From contig CAVTHS010000014.1 of assembly GCA_963734535.1 (NCBI GenBank), positions 96,001 to 160,000 on the forward strand: a DNA stretch of 64,000 nucleotides, given 5' to 3'. Both the position numbers and the translations under genes were made by a program. This document shows positions 10,174-20,433 of this stretch, in pieces. Origin of the DNA: an uncultured Chloroflexia bacterium (lineage in GTDB: Bacteria; Chloroflexota; Limnocylindria; Limnocylindrales; CSP1-4). Below the pieces are notes generated by a model. It had not been told where the DNA came from, did no database searches, and saw nothing but the letters and a program-made list of their open reading frames with translations. Position 1 is the stretch's first letter, and the number at the start of each line of letters is the position of its first letter.

Positions 10174-12293
10174 GCGGGGGGAGGTTCGGGCCCAGGGAGC
10201 TTCCGCCGGTGCCGGTCGCGGTGCTCGACGAGCTCATCGAGCTCGCCCAGCGGTTTGGCCGCGACCCGGACTTCTCGCGGGGCGGGGGCGGCAACGCCTC
10301 GGCAAAGGTCGACGGCGTCCTGTACATCAAGCCGAGCGGCGTCGCCCTCGCGACGTTGACCGTGGCCGATCTGGTGCCGCTCGACAGGGCGCCGCTGCTG
10401 GCGCTGCTCCACGGCGATGATCGCGCGGCGGACGATTCGACGGCCGGTGATGCGGGGCCGGGCGCGGGCGTCGCCACTGGCGGCGACCGCGGCGACGCGC
10501 TGATGAACGCGGCGATGGCCGCACGCCTGGCTGACTCGGGCGGGCGCCGGCCCTCGGTGGAGCTCCTCTTCCACGCGTTCCTGCCCGACAGGTTCGTCCT
10601 CCACACGCACCCGCCCGCCATCAATGCGGTCACCTGCAACAGCGACGGCGCCGCGCTGGCGGCGCGCCTCTTCGGAGACGAGGCGCTGTGGGTGTCCTAT
10701 ACGAATCCCGGCCTTCCCCTCGCTCGCGCCATCGTGGATGCCCGCCGCGCGTTCACGGCGCGAACGGGCCGGCCGGCTCCGCAGGTCACGTTGATGCAGA
10801 ACCACGGGATCATCGTGGCGGCCGACAGGCCCTCCGAGATCGACGAGCGCTCGGCGTGGCTCGTGGAGACGCTCCGTGCGGCAATGGATGCCGCGCAGAC
10901 CGGGGACGAGTCCGCGCCGGGCGAGGCCACGGCGACCCCGGCCGCGATCGAATCGGATCGCGCCCGGCTGCTCGTGGACGCCATGGCGCCGTCCCTCCGC
11001 GGGCTCCTCGCGGGCGGCAGCGCATTCCGGGTGGTCACATTCGACGACGCTCCGCTGGCGGGGGCGTTCACCGCGACCACGGCCGGCCGGGGCGCCGTTC
11101 TCGGCGGGCCGCTGACCCCCGACCAGATCGTCTACACCGGGTCCTGGCCGCTCCTCCTCGACCTGCCGACGGAGATCGCCCCCGCCGACGTGGCATCTCT
11201 CCTGCGCGAACGCCTGGTCGCACACGTCGCATCCCGCGGGTCGCTGCCGATCGTGGTGGTCGTCCCGGGCCTGGGCCTCTTCGCCTGTGGTGACACGTGG
11301 GACCAGGCCAGCACGGCGCGGTACGTCTACCTGGATTCCCTGCGCGTGGCCAGGGGCGCCATCGCCCTCGGCGGCGTTCGGGCCCTGGCCGACGGCGAGC
11401 GCGCCTTCATCGAGGCATGGGAGGCGGAGGCGTACCGGAAGGGCGTGGCGGCCGGTGCCGCGCCGACCGGCCGGGTGGCGGGCAAGGTGGCGCTCGTCAC
11501 CGGGGCGGCCCAGGGCTTCGGGCTCGCGATCGCGGCCGACCTCGTGGCCGAGGGCGCCCACGTCGTGCTGGCCGACGTCAACGCGGCGCTCGCCGAGGCC
11601 AATGCACGGGACCTCGAGGAACGGTACGGGCCGGGCCGGGCGAGCGCCGTCGCGATGAACGTCATGGACGAGCAATCTGTCGCCGACGGCTTCCACGCGA
11701 CGGTCGTGCGCTACGGCGGGCTCGACCTCCTCGTCTCGAACGCGGGAGTGCTCCGCGCCGGGGGGGTGACGAGCCAACCGGTCGCAGACTTCGACCTGGT
11801 CACGAAGGTCAACTATCGCGGCTACTTCCTGGGCGTCCGGTTCGCCGCCCCGATCATGGCCCGTCAGCACCACGTGAAGCCCGACGCGTGGAGCGACATC
11901 GTCGAGATCAACTCCAAGTCCGGGCTCGTCGGCTCCAGCCGCAACAGCGCCTATGCCGGGTCGAAGTTCGGTGGGATCGGGCTGACCCAGTCGTTCGCGC
12001 TGGAGCTGGTGGGCGACGGCATCAAGGTCAATGCGATCTGCCCGGGCAACTTCCTCGACGGGCCGCTGTGGGCCGACCCGGACAGCGGACTCTTCGTCCA
12101 GTACCTCCGCGAGGGCAAGGTGCCCGGGGCGAGGACGATCGACGACGTCCGCCACTTCTACGAGGCCAGGGTCCCAATGGGCCGCGGCTGCACGCCGGCC
12201 GACGTTCTCGTCGCGCTGTATTACCTTGTCGCCCAGCAGTACGAGACCGGCCAGGCCCTGCCCGTCACCGGCGGCCAGGTGATGCTGAGCTGA
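10170..12293 (+). CDS. Bifunctional class II aldolase / short-chain dehydrogenase (SDR part SrlD-like)
   Basis: N-term GGGNASAK, KPSG, RPSVE, LHTHP, MQNHG; C-term TGAAQGFG, INSKSG, YAGSKFGGIGLTQSFALEL, YEARVPMGRGC. Confidence 0.85.
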   Translation: MSGGRFGPRELPPVPVAVLDELIELAQRFGRDPDFSRGGGGNASAKVDGVLYIKPSGVALATLTVADLVPLDRAPLLALLHGDDRAADDSTAGDAGPGAGVATGGDRGDALMNAAMAARLADSGGRRPSVELLFHAFLPDRFVLHTHPPAINAVTCNSDGAALAARLFGDEALWVSYTNPGLPLARAIVDARRAFTARTGRPAPQVTLMQNHGIIVAADRPSEIDERSAWLVETLRAAMDAAQTGDESAPGEATATPAAIESDRARLLVDAMAPSLRGLLAGGSAFRVVTFDDAPLAGAFTATTAGRGAVLGGPLTPDQIVYTGSWPLLLDLPTEIAPADVASLLRERLVAHVASRGSLPIVVVVPGLGLFACGDTWDQASTARYVYLDSLRVARGAIALGGVRALADGERAFIEAWEAEAYRKGVAAGAAPTGRVAGKVALVTGAAQGFGLAIAADLVAEGAHVVLADVNAALAEANARDLEERYGPGRASAVAMNVMDEQSVADGFHATVVRYGGLDLLVSNAGVLRAGGVTSQPVADFDLVTKVNYRGYFLGVRFAAPIMARQHHVKPDAWSDIVEINSKSGLVGSSRNSAYAGSKFGGIGLTQSFALELVGDGIKVNAICPGNFLDGPLWADPDSGLFVQYLREGKVPGARTIDDVRHFYEARVPMGRGCTPADVLVALYYLVAQQYETGQALPVTGGQVMLS

Positions 12294-12364
12294 GCTGCCA
12301 CCCCATCGCCGGCGGCTGCGTCCCCCCGGCGCGCGCCCGCCCCGCCGCCACGAGGAACCGCCAG

Positions 12365-14089
12365 GTGAACCAGACCCCTCCGCTCGTCCCGGCCCTCCCG
12401 ATGATCCAGCACGCGATCCAGTTCGTGGGTCCCGGGCAGCTGGTTCACAACCGCGCCAAGATCGTGGCGGCGCCGGGCCCGACGCAGCTCCTCGTGAGGG
12501 TCGAGGCGGTCGGGATCTGCTTCTCCGACACGAAGCTCCTCAAGGCGTTCTCGACGCACCTCCGGAAGGCCCGCGTCTCGAGCGGCATCGATGAGGCGGC
12601 CCTCGCGGAGATCTCGAGCTACGTCCCGGGCGAGCTGCCGACGGTCCCCGGCCACGAGGTGGCGGGACGGATCGTCGTCGTTGGCGATGCGGTCACCCGC
12701 CACGCGGTCGGCGAACGCGTCCTCGTGCAGACGGACTACCGGCACCTCGCGACGCCAGGCTCGAACGCGGCGTTCGGCTACAACTTCGAGGGCGGGCTCC
12801 AGGAGTACGTGCTGCTCGACGAGAGGATGCTCATCGAGCCTGCGACCGGGGAGCGCTTCCTGATCCCGGTCGACGAAGCACCGAGCGGCTCCGCGATCGC
12901 GCTCCTGGAGCCGTGGGCCTGCGTGGAAGCGTCGTACGCGTCGCGGGAGCGGGCCTCGCTCACGCCGTCGGGTCGCCTGCTCGTGGTCGCCGACGCGGGG
13001 CACCGCGTGAATGGACTGGCGCCGCTCCTGGCGGCCGCGACACCAGCCGCGATCACCGTCGTGGCCGGCGAGCCGGGCCAGCGGGCGCAGCTGGCGGCAG
13101 CGGTGGGCGGCGGCGCGGCGGCATTCGTGGTCGCCGCCGACGCGAGTTCGTTGCCCGCCGAATCCTTCGATGACATCGTCTATTTCGGCGCCGACGCGGA
13201 TCGGATCGAGCAGCTCCAGGGGCTGCTCGCGACAAGCGGCGTGATCGACATCGTGCTGGGCGGCGACCGGATCGGACGACCCGTCCCGGTGGACGTCGGG
13301 CGCATCCACTACGACCTCACCCGCTGGGTCGGCACGCCGGGCGGCAGCGCCGCCGACGGCTACGCGATCGCGCCCGCGAACGGCGAGCTGCGCGCCGGCG
13401 ACCGCGTCGCCGTGATCGGGGCCGCGGGCCCGATGGGCTTCATGCATGTCGTGCGGACGGCCTCCTCGGCACTGCCGGGGTTGTCGCTGACAGCGGTGGA
13501 CATCGACGATGCACGCCTTGCCCACCTCGCCGACGTTGCAGGGCCCCTCGCGGCCTCGCGCGGAATCCCGGCGGCCTTCCTCAACAGCCGGACGACCCAG
13601 CTGGATGGCGGCTTCAGCTACGTCGCGGTCATGGTTCCCGCGCCGCCCCTGGTGTCGCAGGCGGTGGAGCTGGCGGCGGCCGGCGCCCGGATCAACGTGT
13701 TCGCCGGCTTCGCGGCGGGGACGCGGGCCGCGATCGACCTCGACGCCGTGCTGGCAAACGGCGTCTACCTGTTCGGCACCAGCGGGTCGCAGATCCCGGA
13801 CATGCAGGCGGTGCTCGCCAGGCTCGAGCGCGGCGAGCTCGACACCAACATCTCGGTCGACGCGATCACGGGCATGGAGGGCGTGACCGATGCGCTCGCC
13901 GCGGTCGAGGCGCGCGCATCGGGCGGGAAGATCGTCGTCTACCCGGCGCTCCACGACCTGGGCATGTTCCGGCTCTCGGAGCTCCCGGCGCGCTTCCCGC
14001 GCGTGGCGGCCGGCCTCGTCGACGGGCGCTGGACGCGCGCCGCGGAGGACGCGCTGCTGGCGACCGCCGGGGACGCCGGCGAGGCGTGA
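12365..14089 (+). CDS. Zn-dependent (MDR) dehydrogenase, L-sorbose-1-phosphate reductase-like, elongated
   Basis: GICFSD, PGHE, FGYNFEGGLQEY, EPWACV, GAAGPMG, GTSGS and GGKIVVYP motifs; GTG start after a GAGGA RBS. Confidence 0.75.
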   Translation: MNQTPPLVPALPMIQHAIQFVGPGQLVHNRAKIVAAPGPTQLLVRVEAVGICFSDTKLLKAFSTHLRKARVSSGIDEAALAEISSYVPGELPTVPGHEVAGRIVVVGDAVTRHAVGERVLVQTDYRHLATPGSNAAFGYNFEGGLQEYVLLDERMLIEPATGERFLIPVDEAPSGSAIALLEPWACVEASYASRERASLTPSGRLLVVADAGHRVNGLAPLLAAATPAAITVVAGEPGQRAQLAAAVGGGAAAFVVAADASSLPAESFDDIVYFGADADRIEQLQGLLATSGVIDIVLGGDRIGRPVPVDVGRIHYDLTRWVGTPGGSAADGYAIAPANGELRAGDRVAVIGAAGPMGFMHVVRTASSALPGLSLTAVDIDDARLAHLADVAGPLAASRGIPAAFLNSRTTQLDGGFSYVAVMVPAPPLVSQAVELAAAGARINVFAGFAAGTRAAIDLDAVLANGVYLFGTSGSQIPDMQAVLARLERGELDTNISVDAITGMEGVTDALAAVEARASGGKIVVYPALHDLGMFRLSELPARFPRVAAGLVDGRWTRAAEDALLATAGDAGEA

Positions 14090-14139
14090 GGGCGCTTCGC
14101 CTCAACGCCGTTCGCGAGAACCGCCCGAACGGCTGAGGC

Positions 14140-15360
14140 TCATCCCCAGCCGGCCGCCGTGCCGCCCACGCGGGCTGCTGCCCGTGCCTCGGCCTCGCCG
14201 CTCTCGAGGTATGCCCGGTAGGGATCCGCCGCCAGGCCGCGTGCCGTGCGCAGCTCGGCGAGGAGCGGCCGGACGTCGGTGGCAAACGCGTCCGCAACGA
14301 GGCGGTTTGCCTCAAGGACGTCACCCATCGCCTGCGCACCGAGGAGCGCCGCGCGATCGACGAGGAGCGCCTTCGCGATCGCCTCCTGGAAGTTCATGAC
14401 GCTCCGGATGATCGCCGGGATCTTCGGCTCGATGTTGTGGCACTGGTCGAGCATGTAGACGGTCTCGTTGGCGCAGCGCTGGGCGATCGGGTCGGCGTCG
14501 TCGCGCATGGCGTTGACCATCTCGTGCGCGATCCGGAACAGCTGGTACGGGTCGATCGAGCCGACCATCAGGTCGTCGTCGCCGTACTTCTTGTCGTTGA
14601 GGTCGAAGCCGCCGAGGGCCCCCTCCGCGAGGAGGATCGCCACGATCTGCTCGATGTTGACCCCCATCGCGTGGTGGCCCGTGTCGACGCAGACCGTGGC
14701 CATCTCGCCGACGGCGCGGCAGACCGAGAGCGACTGGCCCCAGTCCTGGACGTCGGTGGAATAGAGGGCGGGCTCGTAGAGCTTGTACTCGAGGAGCAGC
14801 CGGACCCCGGCCGGCAGGTGCGGGTAGACCTCGCGCAGGCCCTCGACTAGCCGGTGGCGCCGCCAGCGCATGTCGTCCTGGCCGGGGTAGTTCGTCCCGT
14901 CGCCCAGCCAGACCTTCACGGCGCGTGAGCCGGTCGCCGCGGCGATCTCGCAGCACTCGATGATCGCCGCAACCGCCCTGGCGCGCACCGCGGCCGACGG
15001 GTGGCAGAGCGAGCCGAGCTTGTAGTCCTGGTCCTGGAACGTGTTGCTGTTGATTCCCCCGATTCGAAGGCCGCGCTCCCCCGCGTAGGCCGCGAAGGCC
15101 GGCCAGTCTTCGACCCGGTCCCACGGGATATGGAGGGCGACGGAGCCCGTCACGCCGGTGTACCGGTTGACCGTGGCCGCGTCGTCGACCTTCTCGAAGG
15201 CGGTGCGCGGCACGCCCGTCTGCGGGAAGACCCCGAACCGGGTGCCGGTGTTGACGAAGCCCCACGACGGCAGCTCGATGGCGAGGCCCGACATGGCCCA
15301 GTCGATCCGGTCGATGGCGGGAGCGGTGGCAGGGCGGGCGACGGACTCGATCACGGGCAT
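14140..15360 (-). CDS. rhaI: L-rhamnose isomerase (RhaI, xylose-isomerase-like type)
   Basis: IELPSWGF..GTRF, ALHIPWD, NSNTFQD, DGTNYPGQ, EYKLYEP, DTGHH and DDDL motifs. Confidence 0.92.
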   Translation of the reverse strand: MPVIESVARPATAPAIDRIDWAMSGLAIELPSWGFVNTGTRFGVFPQTGVPRTAFEKVDDAATVNRYTGVTGSVALHIPWDRVEDWPAFAAYAGERGLRIGGINSNTFQDQDYKLGSLCHPSAAVRARAVAAIIECCEIAAATGSRAVKVWLGDGTNYPGQDDMRWRRHRLVEGLREVYPHLPAGVRLLLEYKLYEPALYSTDVQDWGQSLSVCRAVGEMATVCVDTGHHAMGVNIEQIVAILLAEGALGGFDLNDKKYGDDDLMVGSIDPYQLFRIAHEMVNAMRDDADPIAQRCANETVYMLDQCHNIEPKIPAIIRSVMNFQEAIAKALLVDRAALLGAQAMGDVLEANRLVADAFATDVRPLLAELRTARGLAADPYRAYLESGEAEARAAARVGGTAAGWG

Positions 15361-15378
15361 GGCGATCTCCTCTGCGGG

Positions 15379-16888
15379 TCAGGGGGCGGTGGCCGCGCGG
15401 GCGCGCAACTGGCGCATGGCGGGCGAGGACGTCTGCGAAACGGGCGCGGGCCTCGGCCCAGTCGCCCTCGGGGTCATAGGCGGTGACCGGGAACGAGCGG
15501 GCGACAAGCTCGCGCGCCTCGGCCACCGAGGCGAGCTCCCCCGCGGCAATCGCCTGCACGGCCAGGTTGCCGATGGCGGTCGCCTCGACCGGGCCGGCCC
15601 GCACGGGGAGGCCGGTGGCGCCGGCCGTCAACCGGCAGAGCAGCCGGTGATTCGACCCGCCGCCCACCACGTGGATCGCGTCGATCGGATGGCCCGACGC
15701 GCGCGCCAGCTCGGCGACTGCGACCGCGTAGCGGAGCGCGAGGCTCTCGAGGATCACGCGGATGAGCGTCCCCGCGTCCGGCGGGACGGGCTGCCCGGTC
15801 TCGGCGCAGAACGCCCGCACCTGGGCGGGCAGGTCTCCCGGGCGCAGGAAGCGCTCGTCGTCCGGGTCGATGAAGGCGGTGAACGCGGGCGCCGCCTCGG
15901 CGCGGGCGGCGAGCTCCTCGTACGTTGGGGCGTCGCCCGCCGGCCAGAGCGCGCGACGGCACTCCTGCACCAGCCAGAGTCCCATGACGTTGCGCAGCAG
16001 GCGGATCGTGCCCGCGACGCCACCCTCGTTCGTGAGGTTGGCCGCGAGGGTCACGCCGGACACCACGGGGGCGGCAACCTCCAGCCCGATCAGCGACCAC
16101 GTTCCCGACGACAGGAACGCGGTGCGCGGGCCGGCCAGCGGCGCGCCGACGACCGCGGACGCCGTGTCGTGGGATCCGGGAGCCACGACCCGGGCCCCCG
16201 CGAGACCCGTCTCGGCGGCGACATCCGGGCGGAGCGAGCCCAGCACGGTACCGGGCTGCACGATCTCCGGGAGGAACCCGGTGGGGATGCCCAGCCGCTC
16301 CAGCAAGGGGCGCGCCCAGTCGCGGGCGACCGGGTCCAGGCACTGGCTCGTGCTGGCGTTCGTGTACTCGGCGACCGAGCTTCCGCACAGGAAGTGGGAG
16401 AACAGGTCGCCCATCATCAGCAGCCGATCCGCCGCGCGGAGCTGGGGATCGCCGGCGCGAGCCATCGAGAAGAGCTGGAAGAGCGTGTTGATGGGCATGA
16501 ACTGGATTCCCGTGGCCTGGTAGATCTCCTCGCGCGGGACCACCCCGAAGGCCAGCTCGGGCACTCCGGCCGTGCGGGCATCCCGGTAATGGACGGGGTT
16601 GCCGAGGAGCCTGCCGCGAGCGTCGACCAGCCCGAAGTCCACGCCCCAGGTGTCCACCCCGATCGAGGCCACCGGGCCGCTGGCGGCGGCCCGCCGCAGG
16701 CCCGCGGTGACGTCGCCGAAGAGGCGCAGGAAGTCCCAGTGGAGCGTGCCCGCCAGCATCACCGGCACGTTGGCAAACCGGTGAACGCCGTCGAGCGCCA
16801 TGCGCCCGCCGTCGAATGTCCCGACGACGACGCGGCCGCTCTCCGCACCGAGGTCGATGGCCACCATCAGGAGCGGCGAGTCAGTCAA
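15379..16888 (-). CDS. rhaB: Rhamnulokinase (stop codon out of frame by one base, probable indel near the 3' end)
   Basis: AIDLGAESGR, DTWGVDF, HYRDART, HDTASAV, SSGTWSL, NEGG and VGGG motifs; TTG start overlaps the rhaM stop; TGA at 15381-15379 lies in the +1 frame. Confidence 0.88.
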
Positions 16889-17195
16889 GGCGGAACACCT
16901 CCTCGAGGCGCCGATGGAAGCCCGTGGCAGGGTCGGTGCACGGGTCGATGAGGGCCGCCATCTCGGCCTGCCAGCGTGCATTGACGGGCGACCCGTCCAT
17001 CATCGCCCGAAAGCGGTCGAAGTCCAGCACGTCGAATACGCCGAACAGGTCGTCGTCGCGCTGGTAGATCGAGTAGTTGCCGCAGCCGGCGGCCCGGAGC
17101 GCGTCGAGCATCTCCGGCCACACGGCCGCGTGACGGCGCCGGTACTCCGCCTCCGCCCCGGGCAGGAGCTTCATCGTGAAGGCGACACGTTCCAT
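16881..17195 (-). CDS. rhaM: L-rhamnose mutarotase
   Basis: 104 aa; EYRRRH..VWPE, NYSIY and LEEVFRLD motifs. Confidence 0.93.
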   Translation of the reverse strand: MERVAFTMKLLPGAEAEYRRRHAAVWPEMLDALRAAGCGNYSIYQRDDDLFGVFDVLDFDRFRAMMDGSPVNARWQAEMAALIDPCTDPATGFHRRLEEVFRLD

Positions 17196-17213
17196 CGCGG
17201 CTCCTCCGAATCG

Positions 17214-17246
17214 CAGGGCCCCGGAAGCGATGCCTCCGGGGCCCTG
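17214..17246 (-). terminator. Stem-loop downstream of rhaS
   Basis: CAGGGCCCCGGA ... TCCGGGGCCCTG perfect 12-bp inverted repeat. Confidence 0.6.
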
Positions 17247-17270
17247 ACCCGCGTCTTGCCGAAGGCGGGG

Positions 17271-18329
17271 CTAGAAGTTGAAGTTGTCGACGTTCGTCTT
17301 GTCGAACCGGAACGCCGGCCCGAGGATCACGACGCTGTCCTTGCCGATCGTGTAGGGCTTGTCGCCGTTGAGCCCCTTGACAGTGAAGGTCTCGCCTTCC
17401 TTGCCGGTGATCTCGCCGCTGACGAGCTTGGCCGCGACCTGGTAGGAGAGGTAGCCAAGGTCAGGAACGCTCCACAGCCCGAAGACCGGGGAGGTGCCGT
17501 CCTTGACGAAGGGCTTCATGTCGTTCGGGAAGCCGAGGCCGGTCACCTTGACGGAGTCCGACTTGCCGGCCTGCTTGACGACCTGGGCGGCCGCCAGGAT
17601 CCCGACCGTCGTCGGGGCCACGATGACCTTGAGGTTGGGGTACTTGGTGAGGAGGGCCTGGGCCTGGGTCGTGCTGACCGTGGCGTCGTCGTTGCCATAG
17701 ACAGTGTCGACGAGCTTGAGGCCCTTGTACTTGTCGGTGGCGAGGGTCTTCTTCATGAGGTCGATCCACTCGTTCTGGTTGGTCGCCGTGGCGGCCGCAG
17801 AGAGGATCGCGATGTCGCCGGTGCAGCTGGGGGCGAGCTCACATGCCCAGTCCGCGAGGTTGACGCCGACGCCGCTGAAGTCGACCTGGTTGACGAAGAC
17901 GTTGTAGGCGCCGACCGCCGGGCTCGAGTCGAAGCCGACGACCTTGATCCCGGCCGCCATCGCCGCCTTCAGGGCCGGGGCAACCTCGTCCTTGCCGTCG
18001 GCAGAGATGATGATCGCGCTGACCTTCTGGGTGGTGAGATCGGTGATGAACGGGATCTGGAGATCCGGCTTGGCCTCGTTCGGCCCGACCTGGATCACCT
18101 TGCCGCCGGTCTCGCCGGCGGCCTTGTCGACGCCGGTCTTCGCGGCGGCGAAGTACTGGTTGACGATGTCCTTCGGCAGGTAGCCGACGGTGATGCCGGC
18201 GGCCGCACCGGAGGCCGCGGCGGACGCGGCCGCCGACGGGCTCGGCGTCGCGCTGCCCGAGCATGCCGCGAATACCAGCGCTGCGACGCTGACGAGGGCG
18301 ACGGTTCGCCCGACGTTCCTGAGCTCCAA
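17271..18329 (-). CDS. rhaS: Rhamnose ABC transporter substrate-binding lipoprotein
   Basis: Lipobox VFAAC; LPKDIVNQYF, ATATNQNEWI, VYGNDD, APTTVGI, TGLGFP and GLW motifs of RhaS; TTG start with AGGAGG. Confidence 0.88.
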   Translation of the reverse strand: MELRNVGRTVALVSVAALVFAACSGSATPSPSAAASAAASGAAAGITVGYLPKDIVNQYFAAAKTGVDKAAGETGGKVIQVGPNEAKPDLQIPFITDLTTQKVSAIIISADGKDEVAPALKAAMAAGIKVVGFDSSPAVGAYNVFVNQVDFSGVGVNLADWACELAPSCTGDIAILSAAATATNQNEWIDLMKKTLATDKYKGLKLVDTVYGNDDATVSTTQAQALLTKYPNLKVIVAPTTVGILAAAQVVKQAGKSDSVKVTGLGFPNDMKPFVKDGTSPVFGLWSVPDLGYLSYQVAAKLVSGEITGKEGETFTVKGLNGDKPYTIGKDSVVILGPAFRFDKTNVDNFNF

Positions 18330-18346
18330 GACTGTTCCTCCTTGAT

Positions 18347-19399
18347 CTACGACGGGGCTGTCTCACCGCGGGTGATCGAGTCGGCCGGCGGAGGCCGGCC
18401 TCTCCGCACTCGATCGACGGCCGACTTGGCCTGGTGAGCAAAGGTGGGGATGACGACCGAGAGGATCAGGAGCAGCCCGAGGGCGATGCTCTGGACCTCG
18501 ACCGTCACGCTGGCGAGGCGGAGCGCGTTCTGCATCACCGCCACGCAGAGGACCGCGAGCGCGACGCCCGGGATCGTGCCGGAGCCGCCGAAGATGTTGA
18601 CGCCGCCGAGCAGGACGACGGTCGCCACCGTCAGGGTCATTCCCGACCCGGCATCGGCGCGGGCGCTCGAGAGGCGGGAGGTGAGGATGATGCCGGCCAG
18701 CGCGGCGATCAACCCGGACAGCACGAAGAGGCTGGTCCGGACCCGCGTCACCCGCACGCCCGAGAATCGCGCCGTGCTCGGATTCTTGCCGATGGCGAAG
18801 ACCTGCCGACCGATCCATGTCCGGTGGAGCACGATGCCCAGCACCACGGCCAGCAGGATGAAGATGACGAACGGCCAGGGGATCAGCGTCCCGGGAACGT
18901 GACCGAAGCCCAGCTCGGTGAATGCAGCCGGGAAGTCGCTGACACCGCGCGGCCCGAGCACGATCAGGGCCATGCCGCGGAAGAGGGCCAGGGTTCCCAG
19001 GGTCACGACCAGCGAGGGAAGGCCGCCGCGGGCCACGATCAGGCCGTTCAGGAGGCCGCCCAGGGCTCCCACGACGAGGACGACCGGGATCCCGATCCAG
19101 AGTGGCACGCCGGCCGCCCAGAGGAACCCCAGGATCGCGCTCGCGAGGCCGGCCATCGATTCGACGGACAGGTCGATCTCGCCGGCAACGATGATCAGGG
19201 TCATCGGCATGGCCATGATCGCGACTTCCATCAGGGCGGCGATGAGGTTCGAGAAGTTGCCGGCCGTCAGGAAGAACGGCGACAGGGATGCCCCGAGCGC
19301 GATCAGCCCGATGAGGGCGAGCACGAGGAGGCTCTCCCAGCGTGCGAGGAGGCTCATCCAGCGACGCTGGCTGCGCGGGGGCGCCACGGCGGTGCTCAT
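18347..19399 (-). CDS. rhaQ: Rhamnose ABC transporter permease
   Basis: RWESLL, GEIDLSV, PSLVVTLGT and VLLGGVNIFGGSG motifs; ATG overlaps the upstream stop. Confidence 0.85.
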   Translation of the reverse strand: MSTAVAPPRSQRRWMSLLARWESLLVLALIGLIALGASLSPFFLTAGNFSNLIAALMEVAIMAMPMTLIIVAGEIDLSVESMAGLASAILGFLWAAGVPLWIGIPVVLVVGALGGLLNGLIVARGGLPSLVVTLGTLALFRGMALIVLGPRGVSDFPAAFTELGFGHVPGTLIPWPFVIFILLAVVLGIVLHRTWIGRQVFAIGKNPSTARFSGVRVTRVRTSLFVLSGLIAALAGIILTSRLSSARADAGSGMTLTVATVVLLGGVNIFGGSGTIPGVALAVLCVAVMQNALRLASVTVEVQSIALGLLLILSVVIPTFAHQAKSAVDRVRRGRPPPADSITRGETAPS

Positions 19400-20433
19400 C
19401 GGGCGCGTCGCTCCGCGCTCGCCCGCTGGATCCGTCGCAGGATGATCGCGTCGGCGCTCACGGCGACCAGGATCACCAGCCCGTAGATGGCCTGCAGCCA
19501 GAACTGAGACAGGCCCACGAGCGGGAGCGCGTTGGCGGTGAACCCGAGGAACAGCGCCCCGAGCGCGGCGCCCGCGATCGACCCGGAACCACCGAGCGTG
19601 CTCACACCCCCGACAACGACCGCCGCCACGATCGACAGCACGATGCCCGTCCCGGCTGTCCCGTTGATGGTCCCGAAGAACATGACCCACATGACGCCGG
19701 CGACGCCGGCGAGCAGTCCGCACACCGAGAACGCCACGAATTCCACGAGCCGGGCTGGGATCCCGAGGATCGCCGCGGCTTCCGGGTTGCTGCCGACGGC
19801 ATAGACCTGCCGTCCGAAGCGGGTGGATCGGAGGATGACGGTCCCGACGACCACCACGACAAGCGCCACCAGGACGAACACCGGGAGGAAGCCCAGGAGG
19901 TTCGTGCGCGCCGGATCCGTGAAGCCGGGCGGGAGGCCGGCCAGCGGGACCTGGTGGCTCCCGGCGATGACGTAGTCGAGGCCCCGGAAGATGCTCAGCG
20001 TTCCCAGCGTGGCGACGATCGACGGGACCCTGAGCAGGGTCACGATGACCCCGTTTGCCATGCCCAGGACCAGCCCGATCCCGATCCCGAGCGCGATCGC
20101 CGTCGGTGCATCGAAGACGTGTCGCTCCAGGACGCTTGCCACGCAGTACGCGACCACGCCGATGGTCGCCTCCACCGAGAGGTCGATGTTCCGCGTGATG
20201 ATGACGAGGGCCTCGCCGACCGACGCGACCGCGTAGATCGACGCGAGCACGGCGACGGCGGTGAGGTTGGAGAACGTCAGGAACTGGGGCGCGACCACCG
20301 AGACGAGCGCGCCGAGCACGAGCATGATCGCGATCAGGCTCAGCTCGCGCTGCCGCGCGAACACCGAGAACCACGAGGCCCGGGGGCGTGCGGTCGCAGG
20401 CCCGGCGGTGGTCATCAGGCCGGACTCAGCCAT
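19396..20433 (-). CDS. rhaP: Rhamnose ABC transporter permease
   Basis: ITRNIDLSV, VPSIVATLGT, AVVVGGVS and FWLQAIYG motifs; start at 20433 or 20487. Confidence 0.85.
   Translation of the reverse strand: MAESGLMTTAGPATARPRASWFSVFARQRELSLIAIMLVLGALVSVVAPQFLTFSNLTAVAVLASIYAVASVGEALVIITRNIDLSVEATIGVVAYCVASVLERHVFDAPTAIALGIGIGLVLGMANGVIVTLLRVPSIVATLGTLSIFRGLDYVIAGSHQVPLAGLPPGFTDPARTNLLGFLPVFVLVALVVVVVGTVILRSTRFGRQVYAVGSNPEAAAILGIPARLVEFVAFSVCGLLAGVAGVMWVMFFGTINGTAGTGIVLSIVAAVVVGGVSTLGGSGSIAGAALGALFLGFTANALPLVGLSQFWLQAIYGLVILVAVSADAIILRRIQRASAERRAR

Noticed and set aside
14321-16981. 886-aa extended rhamnulokinase
   Set aside because: The extension is off-frame read-through over rhaI caused by a displaced stop
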